Assembly: GCA_000002445.1 (NCBI GenBank)
Contig: CM000208.1
Span: 3,232,001 to 3,296,000 of the forward strand
Direction: 5' to 3'
DNA length: 64,000 bases
From: Trypanosoma brucei
Lineage: Eukaryota
Shown: positions 54,910 to 64,000 of the stretch, in pieces
How the letters are laid out: each line of letters opens with the position of its first letter
How positions within the stretch are numbered: the stretch's first letter is position 1
Notes under the pieces: model-generated
Seen by the model: only the letters and a program-made list of their open reading frames with translations
What the model was told of the DNA's origin: nothing
Database searches by the model: none
Made by a program: the position numbers and the translations under genes

Positions 54910-55797
54910 CTAATCGAAGTGGGCAGTTACCCATTCGGCCGCAGTATTGATTTCAAGTAGCACATCTGCCGCCGCGCATAACCACCACAAACTGCCCGAA
55001 CTCACTGAACTGGAGGGCAGCCGCTCCTTCCATGCAAATAGTTTGTTAGTGCGGCATGGCGAAATGAAAAGCGCCCAATTAGCGTTGTGAAGCTGCCTTA
55101 AACCTAATGTAGCAGTAGAAATAGTTGATCTCCCAACTTCAGAAAATAGCTGTTCCAGGAGTTTCTTTCCTTCTGGAACGCGCACAACCGACGGATCAGC
55201 GCCCACTACGAAGCAAACGACACCACCACGACTCCTATGGAGACCACTTTGGCTACGATTGGACACACGCATGCCGGCCTCAATAATCGACGAAATGTTC
55301 GGCACGTGAACTATGGTGGGAGGCGTAAGTTCGTTACTGTCATCCCCCGCTGCAACCGGGAACCGACGGGCTTTCAAACGATATGAGCGGGTCGAGTCGT
55401 AACCGTCGAAAGGACGCATTGGCACTACCCACTGCCACCGCCCCGTTCCAATGAGCTGTTCCATCACTTCCGTTTCACTCCCTTCTGTTCCCTCAGGGAA
55501 GTTTATGATTAACGCATCCGTTGGAGCGACTGATAGTTCTATCTGATTATTCTTCTCAGCACCCTTAGCAACCTGATGCTGTGGGAGAAAATGCATTCGC
55601 AACGTGTAAGTCGGGCTGATTGTCACAGTGTTACCATCCGAAGACAGTGGATGAACGATGTTTTCGTCGCTTGAGGAACCACTCAACTGTGAATACCCTT
55701 GCATGGTGCAGCAATATAGGACGTAGGAGTGTACAAAAAAAAGCATCACGACGACTAGTGGGCGTCCATCAAAGAAGTAACGCCACGGCACCGGCAT
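54910..55797 (-). CDS. Hypothetical protein with N-terminal signal anchor
   Basis: The track start is a TTG. The first ATG is at 55797..55795 (MPVPWRYFFDGRPLVVVMLFFVHSYVLYCC...). The hydrophobic N-terminus suggests a secretory-pathway or membrane protein. No recognisable domain. Confidence 0.45.
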   Translation of the reverse strand: MPVPWRYFFDGRPLVVVMLFFVHSYVLYCCTMQGYSQLSGSSSDENIVHPLSSDGNTVTISPTYTLRMHFLPQHQVAKGAEKNNQIELSVAPTDALIINFPEGTEGSETEVMEQLIGTGRWQWVVPMRPFDGYDSTRSYRLKARRFPVAAGDDSNELTPPTIVHVPNISSIIEAGMRVSNRSQSGLHRSRGGVVCFVVGADPSVVRVPEGKKLLEQLFSEVGRSTISTATLGLRQLHNANWALFISPCRTNKLFAWKERLPSSSVSSGSLWWLCAAADVLLEINTAAEWVTAHFD

Positions 55798-56077
55798 TCC
55801 CCTGCGGACCTCCAAACACGTCTCCACCAACAGGAAAACATATCAAATGCCATCCGTAGATAAATCAAAAGGGTTATGCAACATGAGGAAATAGTGGGAG
55901 CGGGGCTGTGAAACGGAGTAAATGAACTTGAGAACAAGTGCACGCAGCAGCATATGAAAAGAAGCAACCATCGTTTGGGGTTCCACAAACCTCTCCCTGA
56001 CCAAATCAAGGGTATTATTACACCTTCATTTGCACAAAACTTCGCATTTATGGACCCTTCAAGAGCCTTTTTTTCCC

Positions 56078-56731
56078 TTAGTTCAAGTGATCATCGGGGG
56101 AGAGCAACCGCTTCCGCTGCCTTCGCAGATGCTCTGCGAATCCTTCATCATCGGCTTCCATCTCAGCCACAGCCTTCGGCTCTTCGAAAGCAGGGCTGTC
56201 CTCTTTTCGCCCGCCACGCATCTCACGTAGTACCTCATCTTTCACGAAACTGGGTACGGTGGGGGAAGCAAGAATTTGACCAGCCTCAAACCAATAGTTT
56301 TCGCCCGTCGGAGAACCATCATGTGTGTGCCGACGCGTATTTTCATCCTCCGTGTGCGCCCGCATCAACCGCTCCGATGCTACACCACTCATATAACGTG
56401 ACAACTTCTCACTGTAGTGTGTTTGTTGATACCGTGTTAAACCACGTGGGTCCTGATCCCCAATGAGGCGCTGGGCCTCACGCATGAACAAACGGAACTC
56501 TGGTTTATCATTCATGATGCTCTCGAAGTAAGCTGCCGCCTCTTTGGTATGCCTTCCTTCCTCAACTGCCCTCGAGATGTGTGTTTGCATCCACTCACTA
56601 CTCGTGTCACGCTCAACAGCGTCCGAAACCGGTCGTTGACCTCCACATTCCGGAGCACCGTGTGGAGACCATTGTGAGTTACATCTGTGTTGCGGACCGA
56701 ATCGAACGGTAAAAACTCGGTGACACCGCAT
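56078..56731 (-). CDS. Hypothetical protein (217 aa), possible mitochondrial presequence
   Basis: True ATG (plus 56729-56731 = cat). The N-terminus MRCHRVFTVRFGP is basic, Arg-rich and non-acidic. The remainder is hydrophilic with His/Glu/Arg-rich segments. No domain recognised. Confidence 0.4.
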   Translation of the reverse strand: MRCHRVFTVRFGPQHRCNSQWSPHGAPECGGQRPVSDAVERDTSSEWMQTHISRAVEEGRHTKEAAAYFESIMNDKPEFRLFMREAQRLIGDQDPRGLTRYQQTHYSEKLSRYMSGVASERLMRAHTEDENTRRHTHDGSPTGENYWFEAGQILASPTVPSFVKDEVLREMRGGRKEDSPAFEEPKAVAEMEADDEGFAEHLRRQRKRLLSPDDHLN

Positions 56732-57213
56732 TTAAACCGAAAGATGCCTCTAACAATACTCGCGTATTCGTGCTTTTTTTCCCCCCTCCCCTTGTAGCGA
56801 CGTGAGGAATAAACCCTTGCGCTTGACTTATTCTTAGCGCACCCGCAGATGAGCGGTCCACTGCGCAGAGGCTGGACGCATTTATAGGTATACACATACG
56901 TGCGCCATAACCGAGTCAATGTTCAAAGATGAGAAAGTGAAACAAAATAAAACTACGTAGAGTAACAATGCGGAAAAACACCCGCCGCCGCCACAAACAC
57001 CACAAATTTCCTTCAGGTAACCCTAAATAATTAACCCCAACAAAGTTACCAGACACACACTCAAAAAAAAAAAAAAATGTCACAGGCAGGGTGAGAAAAG
57101 ACACCATTTAACGGGAGGTGGTTGTTCTCTCAACCTTCCGCGCACTTTAGCACTCAGCTGTTCATTTTTCAAACCCCTCAAAACGTTACTACAAGTGATA
57201 AATCCATACGCAT

Positions 57214-57555
57214 TCACTCCCGAAGCGAGAAGTGAGTAGGAGAAACGTTATACTTATAAATGTAAACGTCTGGTCGGTGGTGCTTACGATGGGCTTCAAT
57301 TTCTTCCTCAAAGTACGGCTCCTGCGCAAAGCTACTGGGAAGGGGATCGCCAAAGTTTGACCGCGCGAGTTTTGCGAAGGCACCCTGTTTTTTCTCTGTC
57401 GTGTGAGGAGCCCAACTTACGCGCCTTGCGTGACTGATGGCCTCCTTACTAAAAAAATCTTCCGTGCGCACGGAAAGACACCGTGTGGCTGCTGTCAGCG
57501 ATGAACCGTAGCAACTCACCGCCACAGATCGCAGACGCACGCCTCGCAGGACCAT
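57214..57555 (-). CDS. Small hypothetical protein (113 aa), possible mitochondrial targeting peptide
   Basis: True ATG (plus 57553-57555 = cat). The N-terminus is MVLRGVRLRSVAVSCYGSSLTAATRCLSV. It is short, unconserved by eye, and could be spurious. Confidence 0.3.
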   Translation of the reverse strand: MVLRGVRLRSVAVSCYGSSLTAATRCLSVRTEDFFSKEAISHARRVSWAPHTTEKKQGAFAKLARSNFGDPLPSSFAQEPYFEEEIEAHRKHHRPDVYIYKYNVSPTHFSLRE

Positions 57556-58190
57556 CTACAACTTTCCCTCGTTCCATTTGTTTGACATTGTGTCATTTTA
57601 GAAAAAAATAATAAAAATGAATAAGCAAACAGCTGCAACTATGCCATAAACTGACGGCACATATCACACAACCACAGTGGAGACGAAAGAAGTAAACAAA
57701 TGGAAGTGGCACAACACCACCACCAAAAAAAAAATAAGCAACTGTTAGGAGCGGGTGGAGGAGATCGATGGCAGCATCAAATGTTACACGCACAAAAAAG
57801 ACAAACACGCGGCACCCAACCCCCGGCCCTCACGTGGTGACAACTGAACTTTCTGTACAACTCAGAAATAAAGGATTAATTACGGAACCGCCTCGTGGCA
57901 ATCCACACATCCGTCATTCATTAAAATATGCAACAAACGGTGTAGTCATCAGAACCACGCACCCGAAGGTGCTCAACTGCTCATTTAGTTGCGCAGATTG
58001 TGAAAGGACTTCGGAACCGTCTGCTCAAACTATTTTCCCATCCTTCATCGCCGTTTAAGGGGTCGCTTTGCCTCAGAATGTCGTTGCATAACAAAGAGAA
58101 GGAAAGAAAAGGAAAAATAAGATACTTTGGGGTATCTCTCTATTCTCAAAAGTAGCTATGAGTGCGTTATAGTAAGCACAAACAGAAATT

Positions 58191-58212
58191 ATATATATAT
58201 ATATATATATAT
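58191..58212. repeat. (AT)11 microsatellite
   Basis: Direct read in the long gene-free interval downstream of GSK3. Confidence 0.95.
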
Positions 58213-59141
58213 GTACTCCCATGTTCACGCACCTGAAAGTGAGACAATGACACGGTTGGGAGAAGAGAGGGGAAGACAACAACAAAATATTAATCATGGG
58301 GCCCAGCAAAAAAAAAAAAAACAGCTTTACAGAGGGAAATACAGAAGAACAAGTAGGGAAACAGCAGTAAAGCACCAACACACATACACATCACAAGAGG
58401 TAAAACGAATAAATACAAAAACAAGTACCATCACCACGCACAATCAAATACGGCAAATCGTTTAAGCACAGAAAAAGAGGCGACGCACTTTTCTTTCTTT
58501 ATTTTCTTAATTTTTTTCTTGTTTATTGTTGTTGTTGTTGTCTTTATTCTCACCCCCGCCCTTTCTTTCTTTCCCTCACATTTTCGGAGTCTCCTGTATT
58601 GAAAATGAGAGAAGGGAGGTAAGGGTAAAACCCACCAAAAGGGTGGAGACATGCCCACCCGCTTAAACCCACAAAAGGTGTAAAACTCAAAGGAGTTGAA
58701 CAAGACACATACACATGAAGCATAGCCGTGGTAAATGCGACAGGGAAGAAACAGAGGCACATATCGAATAGAATTTTCTTTTTTTTTTTTTCTCGCTCAG
58801 TGATGGCGTAACCTCACCCCCCTCTGTGTTTTATATAAAAGCAAGAGAGTTGAAAGGGTACACATTCAGGGAAAGGAAGGGAAGAGAAAGGGAGGAGAAG
58901 GGGAACCCACTACCACGAATCCCCTTGAAATATATTCTTTCCAAAATAGACACAATCTAAAGGTGCCGCTGGAATTGCATACATGCTTCCATGTTCGTTC
59001 GTCTGCGGGAAAAAAGTCCAAAAGTAACACTCTTCTTTATATTCCCCACCCTCATTTACCACTACTTTCCACCATCCTTTGTTGTTTCACATAATCAAAA
59101 GGCACTGATAGAAAAAAAAGTGAATATATCCGACACGTTGG

Positions 59142-59146
<5 letters not shown>

Positions 59147-59177
<31 letters not shown>
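59147..59177. repeat. (AT)n microsatellite, about 15 units
   Basis: Direct read. Confidence 0.95.
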
Positions 59178-59183
<6 letters not shown>

Positions 59184-59666
59184 TTATTTATATGTATGCA
59201 TGTGCAAGTTTAACAGGAGTACCTTTGTGAGCGCGCAAGGAGTTTCCTTCAACCATCACCACGGCACGCTTCATTGCCCTAAACGACAGCGTCATGCGTT
59301 TCACCCAAGTACCGCCAGCCAAAATCCCACCTACAGCAATTATACTTTTATATTCATATCCTTCTTAATCTTTTTTAGCTCCTCTCTTCCCCACACCACA
59401 TAAGAGTCACATTGTACACTGTTAGTTGCTTCGTTCACCTCACACCGCACCTCACCTCACCTCGCCTTTCCTTCTCCCCCTTTCCTTCCTTTCCCTTTTC
59501 TCGTCTCACATTGCAAGTTTACAGTACCCGATGAAACAAAACGGTCACAAGAGAAGGAAGCGAAGAAGAATAATAACAAAAAAAGAAAGGAGGAAAAGGC
59601 AACGGCAAGGAGCTCATCCATTCAACAATAGTAATAATGATAATATTAAAAATAAGAGGCGGGGTC

Positions 59667-59667
<1 letters not shown>

Positions 59668-59697
<30 letters not shown>
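59668..59697. repeat. (GTT)10 trinucleotide microsatellite, (AAC)n on the minus strand
   Basis: Direct read. It generates an artefactual poly-Q ORF (59519..59971). Confidence 0.95.
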
Positions 59698-59698
<1 letters not shown>

Positions 59699-61153
59699 TG
59701 AGGAGGTGAAGTGAAAAGCACATATACAGAGAGGGAGATCAAAACCAGTCTTTTCTCCTTTTCCCTCAGTACACATCCTCGATCGGTGGCGGTAGTGCGT
59801 GATAAGGAAAACAAAAACCGCAAACATTACAAAAATGAGAAACCGGAAGCACTGAAAATTGTCGGTGTGTACAAACGAACGCCAGACGCAGTGGTACACA
59901 GACCCTACCGAACCTACGTATGTAACCAGACATGCATATATTAATATATTTATATATATGCGTAAGAGCAAGCGTGTAAATGTAATATAAATATATTAAG
60001 AGACTGTTGCTCCTTCCTCTCATGCATAAATCCGGTAAAGAGATGTGGGGAATAATAACTCCCCTCCCTTCACTCTCCACACATAGGCTCAAGGAAACAA
60101 CTACAGAGGTACATGCAACACCCCTGAAGTTGTCAATTACGTTCAAGCACCGAAGTTTTAAAGCCGTGAGTGAAAATTTAAGTGAGAAAACGAGACATAA
60201 AAAAAAATGTGCAGATGCAAGAAGTGCTACAGGAATGCTGAGACGTCAGAATGATTCATCTTCCATTTGTCTCTGCGTACAACCTCAAAAATCCCCCACC
60301 ACACAGTAAAACAATGAAAAGATTGAAACAAGAGAAGAAAAAGAAGTGATTGCAGAGAAACAACGTCAGAATATTAAATACAAGAAACAAAAGGAGAAAA
60401 CGAAACTGTCAAAATCCGCGTCAAGTTGCAAATAGAGAAGGATACGAAAAGTCACTCGTTGCCCTTCATACCTTTCCTCTTCTTTCCTTTTCTCTTTCCA
60501 CTGCACTAGCTATTCTGGATGACATTACATCGTACATGTGAGGAAAGGCGTGGGTTTGTGTGACTGCTACGCCAAACTCTCGGGTCCTCTGTCGTCACCT
60601 TCCCTCACTCCTCTGGAAAAAAAAACCCAAACAAACGAACAAAAAACCGCCCATTCTTTTGTCTTTTTTCTTATTAATTTATGTGCATTCCTTCTTTTCC
60701 TTTCTCTCAGTTCAGTTCACTTCACTCCCTCTTTCGTTCCCTTCTCTTAACCTCCTCGCCGAACATTAACAATCCCTGTACATCATATTAATAAAGCACT
60801 CCGAAACCTTGTCCCCATTTCCATCTTGCCGCCTCCCTTTTTCTTTTCTTCCCGTGCCACACCTACTTGCTTCATTTTTCTCTAACATATCAACTGTTTC
60901 CATTTGTATCCATGCCTTTGCGCCAGAATTTATTTACTCTCCTGTGTTCGTACTCTAATCATCTATATCTCTCTCTCTTCTCTTTAGAACTAAAACACCA
61001 ACACGAAATAACAAAGATACGCTGCGTATACATTACAATTTCACACTCTTCTCGCTATTAACTCAACAAATCACACCCAAAACATACTGCAGCATCCCTT
61101 CCCTTTTCGGTCCTTTTTCCAACACCTTCGAACACAACTTAAAACACGACCAT

Positions 61154-62212
61154 TTACTTCTTCAGCAGATACTCCCGCTGCGCCTCCGTCATGGCCTCCA
61201 CTTCATCAGGAGTGAACTGATACAAATGCGCTGGGAGGGGATTACCACTGGGAAGCTTCGTTGTTGGCTCCCGCAGCTCATTGAAAAAGGGATGACAGAG
61301 TGCATCCAGAGGTGTAATGCGCTGATCAGGTACGTACTTAAATATTTTTCCGCACAAATCGTACACCTCGGCAGGAAGTGGCTGCTTGAAGACGTTCTCC
61401 CACGGTGTTGCTTTGGCATTTGCATTAATCTCTGTGCTACTCCCATTCAATTTGTGCAATTCCTCCTTCGTTGGTTTTCCAAGTATTTTAACAATCTCAC
61501 GCAACTGCCCAGAAGTGTTCTCACCGCAGAATATCGGTTCACCAAGAAGCATTTCGGCAAATATACAGCCAACCGACCATATATCCACGGCAGTGGTGTA
61601 GAACTGATTGCCAAATATGAGCTCCGGAGCGCGATAGTAACGCGAGCAAATGTAGGCCACATTGGGCTCATCTGCCGCAAGCCTCTTGGCACTTCCAAAG
61701 TCACACAGTTTCAATTCCCCCGTTTGCTCGTCAACGAGAACATTATGTGGCTTGATGTCACGGTGGCAAATGTTGATCACGGGGATGTGAAGACAGGCGA
61801 TACTCCGAAGCAATTGGAACATGAACACCTTCACCAGTATTAGTGGAGGATTTGTCATGCGACGGTAATAGTTCCGGCACGTGCGGTGCAGCGTTTCGGG
61901 GACAAATTCCATCACCACATTGAGATAAACATCGTTGCGCCGTCCTTCCCCACCGACTGTGTAGAAGTAATTCTTCAACATCACAATGTTAGGATGGCGA
62001 AGTCGTGCTAAATGCTGCATAATTTGCAACTCTCGGTTTTTGAAGCGCGGATCTTGTATCACCTTCTTAATTGCTACTAGTGACCCCGTGCTTTTGTCGC
62101 GTGCAAGTTGAACGGTGCCAAACGTTCCCTGTCCTGCCACTCGCTCCACGGTGTACTTTTCCATCTCCTTGTAACTGCGGTCGTCCGCAGCATCGGTAAG
62201 GTTGAGCGACAT
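61154..62212 (-). CDS. GSK3: Glycogen synthase kinase 3 (CMGC kinase; matches my recollection of T. brucei GSK3-short, 352 aa)
   Basis: True ATG (plus 62210-62212 = cat). Full protein kinase domain: glycine loop GQGTFGTV, VAIKK, HRDIKPHN, DFG, the GSK3-specific SYICSRYYRAPE activation segment with the conserved Tyr, and the C-terminal GSK3 motif. Confidence 0.95.
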   Translation of the reverse strand: MSLNLTDAADDRSYKEMEKYTVERVAGQGTFGTVQLARDKSTGSLVAIKKVIQDPRFKNRELQIMQHLARLRHPNIVMLKNYFYTVGGEGRRNDVYLNVVMEFVPETLHRTCRNYYRRMTNPPLILVKVFMFQLLRSIACLHIPVINICHRDIKPHNVLVDEQTGELKLCDFGSAKRLAADEPNVAYICSRYYRAPELIFGNQFYTTAVDIWSVGCIFAEMLLGEPIFCGENTSGQLREIVKILGKPTKEELHKLNGSSTEINANAKATPWENVFKQPLPAEVYDLCGKIFKYVPDQRITPLDALCHPFFNELREPTTKLPSGNPLPAHLYQFTPDEVEAMTEAQREYLLKK

Positions 62213-62340
62213 GTAGTGAATAGTGCGATTTTGAAAACAACAACAACACCAAAAAAATAATTTGATAAAGGAATAAATAAATAGAATAAATAGTGATAAT
62301 CAATCAGTGAGAGAGGAAGCAAAAGCCGCCGATGTCAAAC
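62213..62340 (-). promoter_or_regulatory. Approximately 128-nt pyrimidine-rich, AG-free tract directly abutting the GSK3 start codon (presumed trans-splicing polypyrimidine signal)
   Basis: Plus strand 62213-62339 contains no CT dinucleotide, so the coding strand has no AG. The coding strand is about 65% pyrimidine (U-rich) and ends ...TTCAAAATCGCACTATTCACTAC-ATG. Confidence 0.5.
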
Positions 62341-63926
62341 TGATATTATGCCAATGACCCAACGTTAGTGGGCGTGACCGACGACCTACTTGCCCCTTTC
62401 TTTCTTTCTTTTTGTGTTGTTTTATTTTAGTTTGGTGTTATTGTTGCTGTTTTTCGACCAGTCAAGGGAACGCCTAACTTATCTACACCCCGTTCGTTGA
62501 ATACCTTTCCCTGCTATTTTCTTTTTCAGTTTTTTTTTTTTTAAATCCCCCTTGGAGGTGTTTGTTCACTCCTTAACTCTTCTCTCTAACCGCTGCTACT
62601 GTTGTTTCCTTCTGTGCAAATATTTGCTTACCTTCTTTTTTTCCTGTTATTTTGCTTTTGATTCAATTCTCGTGTGGTTGTTCGCTTATGTTAAGTTGTA
62701 TATTAATTTCTTTGTTCCCCTTGTTTTGATCTGGTTCTTTATTTTCTTCTTCCCTGTACTGTCCCCTAAAGATTATTCGAAAAACAGCCGGTGGATCCAC
62801 ACGGCGGACGTAAAAGAATGAAGGTGAGGAAAGTGGTTTTAATGCCGCTACATAGATAGTTTAAAGCACATGCACAGACATACGTGTGGTGGTATCAACC
62901 AGGGTGATGAATTAGAGCGGAAAAACAATAGCAAACAAGCAAGCAAGATTGAAAAAGAAGAAAAAAAGGGAGGGAGTGAAAAATAGTTTCGCAACAAGAG
63001 CAATTAAATACAGAACAAAAGGTAGTGGCTAACCAGAAAAGAAAAGGAAATACCATAATCAACCGGTGAAGGAGAAAGGCACCAGAAAGATAAAGACAAA
63101 GAAAGAACAAGGGGGAAGGAAGAGGAAAAGCGTTGGTTGGAACTATCCGCATGCTGAGAATAACGTTCACTACACCGTTGCGACGCAGTTTACCACTGGT
63201 TTAGGGAAAGCCAGGCGACCAGCACATAACCGTCTCTGGCACAACAAAAAAGACAGTGACATAAACACGAAAAACACGGAAGACGCCACACTATAACCTC
63301 ACTCTTCACTCAACAACACCACCACCAACAAAAAAAAAAAAACAAACCAAATTAAGTCGGAAAACATTAAAAAGTAAAAAAGAAAAAAGAAAAAAACAGT
63401 TATGGCACTTTAGCCCTCCCCTTCCCGCCTCCCCCATCAAAATTACCTTTTAAATCCTTCTTGTGTACCTTCCCATTAATTCCTAATCTTTACCCCTTTA
63501 TCGTTCTTCATCTTACTTTCTGTATTATTCTTCGACTTCTAAGAGAAATAAATTTTCTCTTATATTCACTCACTCCTCTAATCGTTATTCCATTCCCTTT
63601 ATTTTCTGTTGTTTCTTATCGCCCGTTACTCACGCGGAGTGGCTTTCATATACATGCATGCGGTCACAAAACCAAAAAAAAACAAGAGGGAAGAAATAAC
63701 ACACGGCTACGTTTGAAATATTTTTATTGTTGGCATCATCATTCCCCATGGTTACATATTGACAACAACGCAAAACAAAAGGGACCACGGAAGCAAAACA
63801 AAGAAGCAACAATTTTATTTGACAATATCTATAGCACCGCCCCCCCCTCCTCTTGCTCTTCCTTCCTTCCTTTATTTCTTCTTTTCACTCTTTTACATTC
63901 TTCTGATTCGCTTTTGTTACTAACGT

Positions 63927-63957
<31 letters not shown>

Positions 63958-63958
63958 G
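63927..63958. repeat. (TA)n microsatellite, interrupted, about 15 units
   Basis: Direct read. Confidence 0.9.
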
Positions 63959-64000
63959 ATAATAATAATAAGGGAATAAGGAAGAAGCAACCTCCGCTCT

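Noticed and set aside
59519-59971. 150-aa minus ORF with a poly-Q run
   Set aside because: The poly-Q is simply the (GTT)10/(AAC)n microsatellite. The rest is I/F/L-rich intergenic translation with no start context.
1-64000. Prokaryotic-style elements (CRISPR arrays, operons, defence islands, transposases, integrases, toxin-antitoxin pairs)
   Set aside because: The sequence is clearly eukaryotic and kinetoplastid: unidirectional intron-less gene array, poly-Y/AG trans-splice signals, (TA)n microsatellites, GSK3/PP5/AHA1/glucosidase II. No direct-repeat-spacer arrays or prokaryotic gene signatures are present.
1-64000. tRNA, rRNA, snRNA or SL RNA genes
   Set aside because: I scanned the spacers for tRNA-like A-box/B-box or conserved 3' CCA-adjacent structures and for SL sequence and found none. 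Small snoRNAs cannot be excluded by eye.

Overview
This 64 kb window reads as a kinetoplastid (trypanosomatid) nuclear chromosomal segment, not a prokaryotic or phage locus. Every convincing gene lies on the minus strand, so the window is one unidirectional polycistronic transcription unit with no strand-switch region. I see no introns, tRNA or rRNA genes, CRISPR arrays or prokaryote-style mobile elements. Intergenic regions carry (TA)n microsatellites. On the coding (minus) strand, long polypyrimidine tracts followed by an AG sit just upstream of the start codons, as expected for SL trans-splicing. The 352-aa GSK3 kinase beginning MSLNLTDAADD..., together with PP5, AHA1 and glucosidase II in this order, matches my recollection of Trypanosoma brucei chromosome 10; this was not checked against any database. 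I support about 25 protein-coding genes, listed 5' to 3' by window coordinate (all minus strand):
- RRM protein
- 1049-aa ASH/MSP-repeat protein, probably flagellar
- mevalonate-diphosphate decarboxylase
- hypothetical protein
- MFS transporter interrupted by a frameshift
- 945-aa helical protein
- small membrane protein
- C2HC plus zinc-ribbon protein with an internal tandem duplication
- NDUFA9-like Rossmann-fold protein
- ER glucosidase II alpha subunit (GH31)
- PNKP-like DNA 3'-phosphatase-domain protein
- BART/ARL2BP-like protein
- CNNM/CBS Mg-transporter-like protein
- protein phosphatase 5
- class-3 lipase
- hypothetical protein
- AHA1
- Q-rich RRM protein
- uL30 (L7/RLP7) family protein
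- extended-synaptotagmin-like SMP plus C2 protein
- three small hypotheticals
- GSK3
The ORF track labels alternative start codons (GTG/TTG) as M, and several listed ORFs carry spurious N-terminal extensions running into intergenic sequence. I re-derived the start codons by reading the minus strand directly.
Items worth follow-up: (1) the MFS transporter is split into two overlapping ORFs by a 1-nt frameshift, most simply at an A4 homopolymer; (2) a 5.5 kb interval of coding-like composition with no ORF and no recognisable homology; (3) a roughly 128-nt AG-free pyrimidine tract abutting the GSK3 ATG, so the first AG lies inside the CDS; (4) a PAP2/LPP catalytic-motif remnant in an intergenic region; (5) a PNKP-like phosphatase domain missing the second catalytic Asp and lacking a kinase domain. 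I found no evidence of a prokaryote-style defence or other novel system here.
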